The translations under genes were made by a program, and so were the position numbers. Under the pieces are notes generated by a model that was not told the DNA's origin, searched no databases, and saw nothing but the letters and a program-made list of their open reading frames with translations. Positions 17,792-26,624 of a stretch of 41,826 bases of DNA are shown piece after piece; positions within the stretch are counted from its first letter, which is position 1; each line of letters starts with the position of its first letter. Origin of the DNA: Candidatus Acidiferrales bacterium (GTDB taxonomy: Bacteria; Acidobacteriota; Terriglobia; Acidiferrales; UBA7541). Where the stretch lies: the NCBI GenBank assembly GCA_035603095.1, contig DATNLB010000535.1, positions 1 to 41,826 of the forward strand, in the 5' to 3' direction.

Positions 17792-19548
17792 CCGCCGTCC
17801 TAGCTCCAGAGCTTTTTCAGCGGTTCCAGAACGCCTCTGGCGTGGCGCCGTTGGTGGGCGGAAAGCTCTTTACGTACATTGCTGGAACCAGCACCAAGCA
17901 AGTCACGTACACCGATTCCACCATGGGGACGATGAACACGAACCCCATCATTTTGGCCTCGGATGCGAGCGCGAATGTGTGGCTCGATCCGGCGCTTGTC
18001 TATAAGTTTGTTCTCGCGCCTGCGAATGATACGGACCCGCCGACGAGTCCCATTAAGACGATTGATAACGTCTATCCGTCGCTTAATATCTCTAGTGTCT
18101 ACCCACTGACCGGCGCCGAGACGACCGCGGGCGTAACACCGACGAACTACACGTATCCATCATTAAACGTCCTTCGTTACGGCGCTGATCCTTCGAATGT
18201 CACGGACAGTCTTGCTGCATTTAATAATGCCCTTGCCGTAGCGGCAGTTAATGGTGGGACAGTCTTTGTCCCCGCTGGCACTTATAAAATATCCTCTACG
18301 CTTCAATGGACCTCGACTAAGGTCTATTTGGCGGGTGTGACTCAGCAGGTTTCTATTCTATCATTTGCCAATTCGACAGGAGATTTGATCTCAATCGGAG
18401 ATGGTGTTACCGCGCCATCCTATGTGGGCGTTAGTAGATTCACGGTGACTGCCTCTGTTTCCAAGTCAAGCGGTGCAGCGATTCGTGTACAGAATAGTTC
18501 CTACGTATTTCTCGATAACATCATTCTCGGCCTTAATTTATTTACGGGATTTCAGTTTGATGGCGGAGCCCAACAACTGTTTTATTTTCTCAACACGTTC
18601 GCTATCCAGTCAGGAACGAATGGAATCTTGATAGGAGCTTCTGGCGGGCTCGTACAAGAATTGAGAATTGCCAATTCGACCATGAACCGAACTACGGGGC
18701 CGGGAATCAACGTCGTCAACGCGAGCGGTGTTTATCTCTCGAAACTCGTGGCGGCCGGAAATAATGGTGTGTTGATCAACCCCGGCAATGGTCAGTACGT
18801 CACGGCGCTTTTCTGCGATCAAGTGATTGCCGACACATGCCCCACAAATAATTGGCTGCTCGCACCCACGGGCACCGGAGTCATTACCAACATTTCCTTG
18901 GTGAATTGCTGGGGTTCTTCCTGCACCAACGCAGGGGGCGCTGGTTTCTCCATCGTAGCGGGAGGAACTGTACAAGGCGTGACGCTCACCAATTTTATTG
19001 CTGAGAACAATCAAGGCCCTGGGATTTCATGCGTCGCTGGCACAAAGATAGGACTTGTTAATTGCCAAGTTGGCGCGAACAGTCAAGCAAGCTCAGGCGC
19101 CTATCACGGCGCTTATATGAACACTACCGATTGGTCAATCATCGGGGGATCATACGGGGCTAACAACGCGCGCATTTCCAACAAGCAGGGATACGGCGTG
19201 ATGGTCGATACGCTGTGTACCAACTATCAGATCATCGGGATTAACGCTCGCGGAAACATTACCGGAGCCATTTTAGATGTGCCAACGGTGGCCTCCAAGA
19301 TGATATCGAAGAACCAGGGCTATAACCCGTTACCATCCACAGCCATTACAGTAGGCGCATCCCCTTTCACGTATACCAATCTCACGGGGGATGCAATTAT
19401 TGTGCAAGTGAGTAGCGGCACGGTCAGTAGCGTTCAATTCGGCAATGTTGCCGCCTTTGCCACTAATACCAGTGTTATTTTACCGAATGGTCAAGCTGTC
19501 GTTGTTACTTATACCGGTCTGCCGACCATGAATTATTATGGAACCTAA
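17788..19548 (+). CDS. Tailspike/depolymerase (right-handed beta-helix, pectate-lyase-3-like)
   Basis: Same N-terminal attachment domain 'FTYIAGTSTKQVTYTD...NPI'; 'NVLRYGADP...DSLAAFNNAL...GGTVFVPAGTY' beta-helix cap followed by N/G/I-rich coils. Confidence 0.88.
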   Translation: MTAVLAPELFQRFQNASGVAPLVGGKLFTYIAGTSTKQVTYTDSTMGTMNTNPIILASDASANVWLDPALVYKFVLAPANDTDPPTSPIKTIDNVYPSLNISSVYPLTGAETTAGVTPTNYTYPSLNVLRYGADPSNVTDSLAAFNNALAVAAVNGGTVFVPAGTYKISSTLQWTSTKVYLAGVTQQVSILSFANSTGDLISIGDGVTAPSYVGVSRFTVTASVSKSSGAAIRVQNSSYVFLDNIILGLNLFTGFQFDGGAQQLFYFLNTFAIQSGTNGILIGASGGLVQELRIANSTMNRTTGPGINVVNASGVYLSKLVAAGNNGVLINPGNGQYVTALFCDQVIADTCPTNNWLLAPTGTGVITNISLVNCWGSSCTNAGGAGFSIVAGGTVQGVTLTNFIAENNQGPGISCVAGTKIGLVNCQVGANSQASSGAYHGAYMNTTDWSIIGGSYGANNARISNKQGYGVMVDTLCTNYQIIGINARGNITGAILDVPTVASKMISKNQGYNPLPSTAITVGASPFTYTNLTGDAIIVQVSSGTVSSVQFGNVAAFATNTSVILPNGQAVVVTYTGLPTMNYYGT

Positions 19549-19722
19549 AAGGAGAATGTGATGGATTATTTCTTCTATGCTGATGCTTATCGAATTCATG
19601 ATGAATGGCAAATAGAGGGAGCCTGGGCCTAAACAGGGATTCGATATGCACGCCAGACCCTTTGAGAGTGATCCCCGTTGCTACGAAGGACGACCCCGTA
19701 ACGCTGCGGATGTACCCAACTG

Positions 19723-20076
19723 ATGACCATCTCTCCCCTCACTCGCCCATCCGTTACTCAAGGAAAGGAGTTAGACGACTTGCGTGACGCAGTGAAAGAT
19801 CGAGAACGAAAGCCCAAATATGCTCAGTCTCTGGAGTATTATCAAGATAACCGCTTCTCTACGTTTCTAGCCTGGTGCGGCGTTATTTTGGCAGGACTGA
19901 TGACGACGGCCATCTGTTGGATGGCTAACAGCATGGTCACCGTACAGAAGGATATTGCCGTTTTGCTCGCTCGACCGTTAGGGGTTTCCAAGGAGGAATT
20001 TGACCGTGACGCGACTCGATGGGATCAGGACATCAACGAACTCAAGCGCGAGACTCGAGAGCGGCATGGACCCTGA
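19723..20076 (+). CDS. Single-TM membrane protein (lysis region)
   Basis: Hydrophobic 'FLAWCGVILAGLMTTAICWMA' followed by a coiled-coil-like segment. Confidence 0.7.
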   Translation: MTISPLTRPSVTQGKELDDLRDAVKDRERKPKYAQSLEYYQDNRFSTFLAWCGVILAGLMTTAICWMANSMVTVQKDIAVLLARPLGVSKEEFDRDATRWDQDINELKRETRERHGP

Positions 20077-20401
20077 ACAAGCAATATGGGACGAATCAGT
20101 GGCACTCGACAACGGCAGTATTCACAATAGTAGCAAGGTCGTCATCGAGGCATCTGCGCCTACTCTGATGGTGGCCGTGGTACTCATGGTCGTTATCGCC
20201 GCGTGCGGTACGGTGATGGGATTAAACCTCGCCAAGCAAGCCGAGATGGACGCAGACTACAAGACGATGAAGACGCAGGCGTGGTTAGTCGAGCGGCGAT
20301 TGATGGACGCAGAAGCCTACGCCATCGTGAACGGCACCAAACTGCCGGCAGACAATGAGCATGGTCCTACGGGTAATTTACAGCGGATGAAACCGCATTA
20401 G
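20066..20401 (+). CDS. Single-TM membrane protein (lysis region)
   Basis: Start moved to ATG 20066 (MDPEQAIW); TM 'LMVAVVLMVVIAACGTVMGL'. Confidence 0.68.
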   Translation: MDPEQAIWDESVALDNGSIHNSSKVVIEASAPTLMVAVVLMVVIAACGTVMGLNLAKQAEMDADYKTMKTQAWLVERRLMDAEAYAIVNGTKLPADNEHGPTGNLQRMKPH

Positions 20402-20409
20402 GAGGCTTT

Positions 20410-20607
20410 ATGGGGGGTTCAAGTGGAGGCATCATAGTGCAGCATGCAAAAACGGCACTCACTGATCCTTTGGTACACGGTGGATTGCCACCGAGGACTC
20501 AGGAGATCGTTACTGCGATCTTAGCGCGCGATCCGTCAACGTGGGTAGCGCGGGATAAGCAGGATTTGGCGGCGGCGTTTACGTGGGCACTCTGTAACTT
20601 GAAATGA
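20410..20607 (+). CDS. Hypothetical protein
   Basis: Strong SD AGGAGG; ATGA overlap with the endolysin. Confidence 0.72.
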   Translation: MGGSSGGIIVQHAKTALTDPLVHGGLPPRTQEIVTAILARDPSTWVARDKQDLAAAFTWALCNLK

Positions 20608-20948
20608 GCGCACTTCAGCAGGAATTTGCCCAGTCCGCCGCGAAGCTGATCCAGAAAGCAGCGGAACTGGGCTATGCCGTGACGTTCGGCGAGGCGTGGC
20701 GCACGCCACAACAAGCGCAATGGGATGCGCAGCATGGCACCGGCATTGCGCACAGCCTGCATACCGATCGATTGGCAATAGACTTAGATTTCTTCAAGGA
20801 CGGCGTGTGGATTACTGATGGATCGAAACTCGCTGACGTTGGCGCCTGGTGGAAGTCGCTTGGGGCCAATTACCGGTGGGGTGGGGATTTTCACCATCTG
20901 CCGGATGGGAATCATTTCTCAATTTCACCAGATGGAGTCACCGCATGA
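20604..20948 (+). CDS. Endolysin, M15-family (L-Ala-D-Glu peptidase-like)
   Basis: 'EAWRTPQQ', 'SLHTDRLAIDL', 'RWGGDF...DGNHFS' zinc-peptidase motifs. Confidence 0.9.
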   Translation: MSALQQEFAQSAAKLIQKAAELGYAVTFGEAWRTPQQAQWDAQHGTGIAHSLHTDRLAIDLDFFKDGVWITDGSKLADVGAWWKSLGANYRWGGDFHHLPDGNHFSISPDGVTA

Positions 20949-21136
20949 TCAGCACATTGCTTTATGTATTCATCGTTCTTTGCATCGTCGGGTTGATATT
21001 GTGGGGAATCAATCAGATCCCCGGCATCCCGCAGATCGTCAAAGTCGTGGCCTACGTCATTATCGGCGTGGTGTTGCTCTTGTGGTGCTTGAACTACGTG
21101 GGCGGTCCAGGGGGTCACTCGTTGAACTTTAGATGA
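20945..21136 (+). CDS. Small 2-TM membrane protein (holin/antiholin candidate)
   Basis: MISTLLYVFIVLCIVGLILWGINQIP...; two hydrophobic helices; ATGA overlap. Confidence 0.72.
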   Translation: MISTLLYVFIVLCIVGLILWGINQIPGIPQIVKVVAYVIIGVVLLLWCLNYVGGPGGHSLNFR

Positions 21137-21507
21137 CGGATGAGAGAATCAGCTTACGGGAATACGTCGATACGCGCTTTCACGATCAAGAGAAAGCGGT
21201 ATTAACGGCGCTCACTGCGCAGAAAGAGGCAGTATCGTCCGCCCTAGCTGCTGCGGATCGAGCGGTAGCTAAAGCGGAATCGGCGTCAGAGAAAAGGTTT
21301 GAGTCGGTCAATGAGTTCAGGGGGTCGCTTGCCGATAGCGCCAGGCTTCTCATGCCACGGTTGGAGGTTGAGCAAATCGTCAGGTCGTTGGAAGGGAAGA
21401 TCGGCGGCTTGCAGAAGATGGTATGGGTGGGTTTAGGTATCGTGCTGGCGTTTCAGTTTTTTCTAGGGATTGCGCTGATATTTTTGAAGGATGTAGGGAA
21501 GGCATAA
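21133..21507 (+). CDS. Coiled-coil protein with C-terminal TM
   Basis: 'KRFESVNEFRGSLAD' followed by a C-terminal hydrophobic helix. Confidence 0.72.
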   Translation: MTDERISLREYVDTRFHDQEKAVLTALTAQKEAVSSALAAADRAVAKAESASEKRFESVNEFRGSLADSARLLMPRLEVEQIVRSLEGKIGGLQKMVWVGLGIVLAFQFFLGIALIFLKDVGKA

Positions 21508-21508
21508 C

Positions 21509-22027
21509 ATGAACTTTGGGCAAACCGCACTTCAAGTATTGAAAACCGTTGCACCGACACTGGCACTTGCTGTCGGGGGGCCTTTCGGGCCATTAGCCGC
21601 CGCAGCAATCCATGCGGCACTCGGCAGTACCGATCAGGCGTCTGCTGAACAGGCATTGGTCAACGCGACCCCTGACCAACTCCTAGCCCTGAAAAAGGCT
21701 GATCAGGACTTCGCAATCCGCATGAAGGAACTGGGAATCCAAGAGGAAAAACTGGCCTTTGACGATACCGCCAATGCTCGAGCGCGAGAGATGACGGTTA
21801 AGGACGCGACCCCGCATATTCTGGCCTATGCCATTACGTTGGGTTTTTTCGGTGTGTTGGGCTATCTCGTCGTGTATGGAAAACCGGATACGGGCGGCGA
21901 TGTGATGCTCGTCCTCATGGGCGCGCTCGGTACAGCGTGGACAGGGATCATCCAATACTACTTCGGATCGAGTGCTGGCAGTGCGGCCAAGACCGATACC
22001 ATCAACAAAATAGCTGCGGCTAAATGA
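21509..22027 (+). CDS. Putative holin (3-TM type)
   Basis: 'APTLALAVGGP', 'DTANARARE', two C-terminal TMs ending 'YYFGSSAGSAAK'. Confidence 0.72.
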   Translation: MNFGQTALQVLKTVAPTLALAVGGPFGPLAAAAIHAALGSTDQASAEQALVNATPDQLLALKKADQDFAIRMKELGIQEEKLAFDDTANARAREMTVKDATPHILAYAITLGFFGVLGYLVVYGKPDTGGDVMLVLMGALGTAWTGIIQYYFGSSAGSAAKTDTINKIAAAK

Positions 22028-22045
22028 CCAAACAACCTTAAGGAG

Positions 22046-22384
22046 ATGATGATGACAACCCTGACTCAATTTACCTGGACAGACCCCACGACCAATACGG
22101 ATGGCTCGCCGATTACGGCGGGGGAAATCACGGGCTATAGCATAGGCATTCGCAACACTGCCGCCGCAGGCTCGGTTATAGGGACTTACCCCATCGTTGC
22201 CAATGTTTCAGGCGCGGCGGCTGGCTCCGAGCTTCTCACGGCGTTGGGAACGGTTCTCGCTCCTGGCAGTTATGCCGCGGCGATTCAAACCGTAGGACCG
22301 GAGGTGTCGCCCTTTTCGCCCGAAATCACGTTCACGATCGCTGCGCCGGTACCGAACCCGCCGTCAAATTTTTCTGTCGCCTGA
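22046..22384 (+). CDS. FN3/Ig-like single-domain protein A
   Basis: SD AAGGAG; 'FTWTDPTTNTDGSPI...GYSIG...PGSYAAAIQTV...SPFSPEITFTI...PNPPSNF'. Confidence 0.7.
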   Translation: MMMTTLTQFTWTDPTTNTDGSPITAGEITGYSIGIRNTAAAGSVIGTYPIVANVSGAAAGSELLTALGTVLAPGSYAAAIQTVGPEVSPFSPEITFTIAAPVPNPPSNFSVA

Positions 22385-22445
22385 TCTGCAAATTCAGGCG
22401 TTGGCTACCACGAAAGTGTAGTATGTGCAAACTATGCGGGTGTCC

Positions 22446-22877
22446 ATGATGAAACACTTATGGCTGGTTTTTCTTGCGGGGGTGGTTTCGGCTGCCTCCG
22501 CACCTCCCGATGTATCGAAACTCGTGACAGCCGTACTGGTTGCCTCGCCAAACCAAGTAGGGATTCAGAATCTCTCCATGCCGACGATGGAGATCAGTTT
22601 TTCATGGATTCCGCCAACCGCCCGCACTGATGGGACGCCCATCACGGGAACCTTGACCTATGTCATCTACCGGGGGATACCCGGCAGCATGAACGCGATC
22701 GATGCAGTGCAATCGCTCAACGTGACATGGTATGAGCCAATCGTGTGGGGGAGTGTGCAGTGCTTTGGAATTGTGGTGTCTGAGGTCGGGGTGCAGAGTG
22801 TTCTCGGTCCTTTAGCCTGCGTCACAATTCCATCGAAGGGAGTTCCTAACGCGCCAGCGGGGTTCAAGGTGACATGA
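22446..22877 (+). CDS. FN3/Ig-like protein B with signal peptide
   Basis: MMKHLWLVFLAGVVSAASA; 'FSWIPPTARTDGTPI...YVIYRG...VPNAPAGF'. Confidence 0.68.
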   Translation: MMKHLWLVFLAGVVSAASAPPDVSKLVTAVLVASPNQVGIQNLSMPTMEISFSWIPPTARTDGTPITGTLTYVIYRGIPGSMNAIDAVQSLNVTWYEPIVWGSVQCFGIVVSEVGVQSVLGPLACVTIPSKGVPNAPAGFKVT

Positions 22878-23176
22878 GTCCGTATGATGAAGCGCTCAAG
22901 CGCTTCAAGATGTTTTACTGGGAGGAGCTACTGAGACAAACCGGCGGCAATGTCAAAGAAGCGGCGAAGCTGTCCGGCAAGAATCGCACACAGGTGCATA
23001 AGCTCCTGAACAAGTGCGGCATCCATCGCACGCGGCGCGCGGGGAAATCCTGGTTTGGGCTATTAGAGCCCATAAGCAGTCGCGCCAGCTTTCGTGATAC
23101 TCCCGCCCCAGTAGGTCATATCCAACACCCCACTCGGCAGTCCCTCGGGTCCGTGGATCTGAACGCTGCGACCTGA
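22874..23176 (+). CDS. Fis-family (HTH_8) DNA-binding protein
   Basis: 'LLRQTGGNVKEAAKLSGKNRTQVHKLLNKCGI' matches the Fis/NtrC C-terminal HTH; the 3' tail overlaps the convergent GH71 gene. Confidence 0.8.
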   Translation: MSPYDEALKRFKMFYWEELLRQTGGNVKEAAKLSGKNRTQVHKLLNKCGIHRTRRAGKSWFGLLEPISSRASFRDTPAPVGHIQHPTRQSLGSVDLNAAT

Positions 23177-24445
23177 AAAGACGTTCGAGCCATTGCGCTG
23201 CAAGGTGAAGACCGGGATTCCAGCGCTTAAGGGGACTTTGAACGAGGTGATGCCTGTCGGCGCTGCCTGAGTATGCGTAACCCCGTTAATCGTGATCTGG
23301 AGCGCACCAGGAGCCGTCAGGAAGGCTAATAGCTCGATGCTGTCCTCTTCTGGCCCCCCAACCGCTGTAAAGCCGTCTGGTTGCAGATGGGCACTGGAGG
23401 CGGTTTCCAGCCGATGAATCCAATACAGCACGTCCTGGGTAATGGCGGGTTGTATCCCCGTGATGAACCAGGCGGCGTAATAGGCAGTGAGGTCATAGAA
23501 CGCTGTCCCAATTGCGCCGTTTAAGGTCGCATCCGTGTAAGGGCAAACCTGCCCTGATTCGCTGAAATCGTTCCACGTGACACATTGAACCCAGTCAGCG
23601 CCGGTATTGATGGCGGCCATCCACGCATTACGGAAGGTCACGCTGTTGGATGCCTCCCAGAATATTTGATTCTTAGGCCGAAACTGTTGCGGGATCACGG
23701 GTGACATGTATTTAAGGCCCGCTAAATGAGCGCCAGCCGCGGTCAGAGCTGCTGACGGGGCAGGCGTTGCGGTACCCCATCCGCCCGTCCCGTAACTGAT
23801 GGCATTCAGTGCGCCGGCATCCGCGGGCGCTCCAGGTAATACAGGGACAAACGCCACGTTGATCCCCTGCGCGTTCAAGGTTTCGATGAGCGAGAGCCAC
23901 CAGGAGGGTGGTTGTAGCGGCGCATTGTAGGCAGCAAGCACTAATCGCCCATCGGGAAGGCGCTTCAAGGCGGGGGAACTTGCGATCGATTCTAAGTACG
24001 TCGCCGCTTGGGCGACCGTGATGGCACCCAAGGATCTCATATCGAGCATGGGGATGATGGTAAAGCGGGGGTCCGCCGCTTCGACCGCCGATAGCATGGT
24101 TTGCAAAAACCCATCGGTCAAAGACAGGATATCGAAGCAAAAGCCCGTGATGCCTCGGGCAATCGCCATCTGTACCTCCGTCTCCATGTTGAACTGCTTC
24201 CAAGTCGCAAGGATGCTCGGTGTCACGGGAAGGGAACGTTGGCGTAAATAGCCTCCATAGGCGGCGTGTTTGCCATTCTCTCCGCCGATGGAGAGGAACT
24301 GCATATTGTAGTAATCAGTTGTCGCGGGCTGATTATCGATGGACAGGCCGAAGGAGCGAAAGTAGTGCGCAAACACCTTCTTCGGAGATGCAAAGAAAAC
24401 ATCGCTTGAGGGCATGGCAAAGGGGAGGGCGGAATTGGAAATCAT
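23063..24445 (-). CDS. Glycoside hydrolase family 71 (endo-alpha-1,3-glucanase-like)
   Basis: 'KKVFAHY', 'AIARGITGFCFDI', 'WMAAINTGADWVQCVTWNDFSES', 'DVLYWIHR', 'AFLTAPG', 'APTGITSFKVPL'. Confidence 0.85.
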   Translation of the reverse strand: MISNSALPFAMPSSDVFFASPKKVFAHYFRSFGLSIDNQPATTDYYNMQFLSIGGENGKHAAYGGYLRQRSLPVTPSILATWKQFNMETEVQMAIARGITGFCFDILSLTDGFLQTMLSAVEAADPRFTIIPMLDMRSLGAITVAQAATYLESIASSPALKRLPDGRLVLAAYNAPLQPPSWWLSLIETLNAQGINVAFVPVLPGAPADAGALNAISYGTGGWGTATPAPSAALTAAGAHLAGLKYMSPVIPQQFRPKNQIFWEASNSVTFRNAWMAAINTGADWVQCVTWNDFSESGQVCPYTDATLNGAIGTAFYDLTAYYAAWFITGIQPAITQDVLYWIHRLETASSAHLQPDGFTAVGGPEEDSIELLAFLTAPGALQITINGVTHTQAAPTGITSFKVPLSAGIPVFTLQRNGSNVFSGRSVQIHGPEGLPSGVLDMTYWGGSITKAGATAYGL

Positions 24446-24666
24446 GGTTTTACTCCGGCATCAGCCTGTGAGCCATCGAAAAGGGACTGCGCCTCATGCA
24501 GCCATCCGTCGTCGTACGGGAATGCCTTGGCGGCTCGACGCAGCAGGGCTGCAAGTTCATCGTAGTGGTTGAGCAGCAATCGCACCGGATACGTCTCTGC
24601 GTATGCCACTCGAATGATGCGCCATTCGTCCGCATCGCTGATTCTCTTCGCAGCAAAATCAGTCAC
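24442..24666 (-). CDS. Hypothetical protein
   Basis: Coupled by 4-8 nt overlaps in the leftward operon. Confidence 0.6.
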   Translation of the reverse strand: MTDFAAKRISDADEWRIIRVAYAETYPVRLLLNHYDELAALLRRAAKAFPYDDGWLHEAQSLFDGSQADAGVKP

Positions 24667-25030
24667 GCTCAGTTCCTCCGCTGTTAGTAGCTCCCACGCA
24701 CCGCTTGAGCCTATTGATCAAGTGCTGCACGTCCTGCGGCTCCCATACCGCATAGAGCTTGTCGTCAGGATCAAACGAGCCGTCGCGCCCCTCGCAATCG
24801 AAGTCCATCCCAAACGATTCTCCGGTCTCGGTAGCGCGAAACAGGATGTTGGACCACTCTTCACTGCTGTGTGCTGCCACGGCATCGGCAATCTGCTGCT
24901 CGTACCAGTCATTACCGTTCGGCATCGTCTCGCCTTTGATCAGCAACGGCCCGAAGTAGCAGGGCGTGTATTCCGAGAACACCGTGTTCGGCGGCAGCTT
25001 CACAAAGTCGATACGCTTGACGATCTTCAT
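24659..25030 (-). CDS. Hypothetical phage protein
   Basis: MKIVKRIDFVKLPPNTVFSEYTPCYF...; ATGA overlap at 25027-25030. Confidence 0.72.
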   Translation of the reverse strand: MKIVKRIDFVKLPPNTVFSEYTPCYFGPLLIKGETMPNGNDWYEQQIADAVAAHSSEEWSNILFRATETGESFGMDFDCEGRDGSFDPDDKLYAVWEPQDVQHLINRLKRCVGATNSGGTERD

Positions 25031-25338
25031 TTGACACAATCTCCATCGCCAGCGAAATCATGGATCAACGCAGCCTGGAGCCGGCCGCATTTCTTGCATG
25101 GCTCGCCGCCATCCCCGGTAAAGGGATGTTTGGTGTTGAGGATTTTGTCGGCCTCGGCGCGGAAAGTCGCTCCGTGCTTCTCGTGCAGGCTGAGCAGCCA
25201 ATGGAGCACGTACGCTTGCTCCTCCTCGGCATGCGGCTTAATTGTTGCGAGACCCAGTTTCACCAACCGATGGGCAATCGGCGCGCACCAAAAATTCGGA
25301 CGGCCGAGAATCCACTCGACATCGGGAGTGAGTTCCAT
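25027..25338 (-). CDS. Hypothetical phage protein with C-terminal CxxC
   Basis: Likely start MELTPDVEWILGRPNF (25338); 'EEEQAYVLHWLL'. Confidence 0.65.
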   Translation of the reverse strand: MELTPDVEWILGRPNFWCAPIAHRLVKLGLATIKPHAEEEQAYVLHWLLSLHEKHGATFRAEADKILNTKHPFTGDGGEPCKKCGRLQAALIHDFAGDGDCVK

Positions 25339-25479
25339 CACGGTTGTTTCACCCCTGTGTCGTTCGCGGAATCTTTGGTGTAGGGGCCGCAGTACATGAA
25401 TGCAGAGTACAAGCCCAAGACGGCCAACGCCGTAATGCACACACCAAAGAACCAAACCGCCAATAAATCGCGCATCACT

Positions 25480-25668
25480 TCACCTTTCTGTGTCGGCAGG
25501 TTTGCACGGGGTCGGCGTGAAGCCTTTATGGCTCGGCGCAGCGTCTACGCCCGACCATGGTTTATCTGGGCCGCCCATTCGCTGATACAGATTGCCATCG
25601 ATGCACTTGTAAGTCGGTATCTGGTCGCACCCAGCAAGCAGTAGACACGCGGCAATTAGAATCTTCAT
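25480..25668 (-). CDS. Small lipoprotein
   Basis: MKILIAACLLLAGC: lipobox LAG-C; SD GGAG/AAGGG upstream. Confidence 0.75.
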   Translation of the reverse strand: MKILIAACLLLAGCDQIPTYKCIDGNLYQRMGGPDKPWSGVDAAPSHKGFTPTPCKPADTER

Positions 25669-25768
25669 CCCTTCACTCCTGTTTCACGCGCGCAACTATG
25701 CACGGTGAATATTCCAATCCATTGAGCGCCGCACCCCAGCGGGCACTCGAACAGTTTGCGCAGCCAGT

Positions 25769-25975
25769 TCATTTGCTAGACTCCGCGCGTGTTTCGGGCT
25801 CGAAACTCATCACGTGCGTTTTCATCTCTTCGGCCTCGCGCCTATTGGCTACCGGCACCATGAGGTAAGTCCCGGCGCCTACGTGATAATTGTCAAATGG
25901 GCGTACTTGCCAGATGTGGGTCACGAAATCGACCTCAAGGCTTTCGACCGTTTCAATCGTGCGGGCGTCGCTCAC
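25769..25975 (-). CDS. Hypothetical protein
   Basis: SD AGGAG before GTG; in the leftward operon. Confidence 0.6.
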   Translation of the reverse strand: MSDARTIETVESLEVDFVTHIWQVRPFDNYHVGAGTYLMVPVANRREAEEMKTHVMSFEPETRAESSK

Positions 25976-26002
25976 TTGGCTGCTCCTGGATTGGCTTGCG
26001 AG

Positions 26003-26185
26003 TTAGCTTGGTACACGACCCCTCCACTCAAACCCTCGCAACCACATCGCGATCATCAAATTACGCACGTCATTGGTTGACCACAGTTCGGTACCTTCGC
26101 ATTCGCTCAATACACCGTCGACCTCGATGGCCGCCATCGGAAACAAGGGCCTAGCCTCGGAAATCTCTACCAGCGTTTTGATCAT
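26003..26185 (-). CDS. Hypothetical protein
   Basis: TGATG coupling to the upstream small ORF. Confidence 0.55.
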   Translation of the reverse strand: MIKTLVEISEARPLFPMAAIEVDGVLSECEGTELWSTNDVRNLMIAMWLRGFEWRGRVPS

Positions 26186-26336
26186 TGATTCGCCCCGGTT
26201 TCCTCAGCAGCCAAAGCGATTGCTGCTACGCGCCGGACATAGGCCAAGTCGGTCCCTTCATCAATCGCCCTGGCAATCTCGCGCAGCGCTGCATGCGCCT
26301 CGCTAAGCTGTTCATTGAGACGTTTCACGCTGGCGG

Positions 26337-26624
26337 TCATGTTGGCGTTTCCGATGGTGTCGGCATCGGTATGTGCTCGTTGTCCATTTCTTCCGCGTAT
26401 GGCGCACGATGACCTTCGTAGCAGCGATTTAAAAACGCCTCTAGCTGGCTAATGCGCTCTTGCAGGTGCGTGTTGCGCAGGTTTGCCGCTATGTGCGCAT
26501 CCTCCTGCTCGCGAGCGATTAGCCGACTGTCGGCCAGTTCGGCGGCGAGGGCCTCGTAGTCTGACTTCCACACCGCATCCCGTTGGCAACCATCGGTATC
26601 GTCAACCGGGAAACTATTGACCAT
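26337..26624 (-). CDS. Hypothetical protein with SDYxAL motif
   Basis: 'AVWKSDYEALAAEL' followed by coiled coil; SD GGGAGGGAG. Confidence 0.65.
   Translation of the reverse strand: MVNSFPVDDTDGCQRDAVWKSDYEALAAELADSRLIAREQEDAHIAANLRNTHLQERISQLEAFLNRCYEGHRAPYAEEMDNEHIPMPTPSETPT

Noticed and set aside
24569-25399. 276-aa plus-strand ORF
   Set aside because: Antisense shadow of the coupled minus-strand genes; no recognisable motif.
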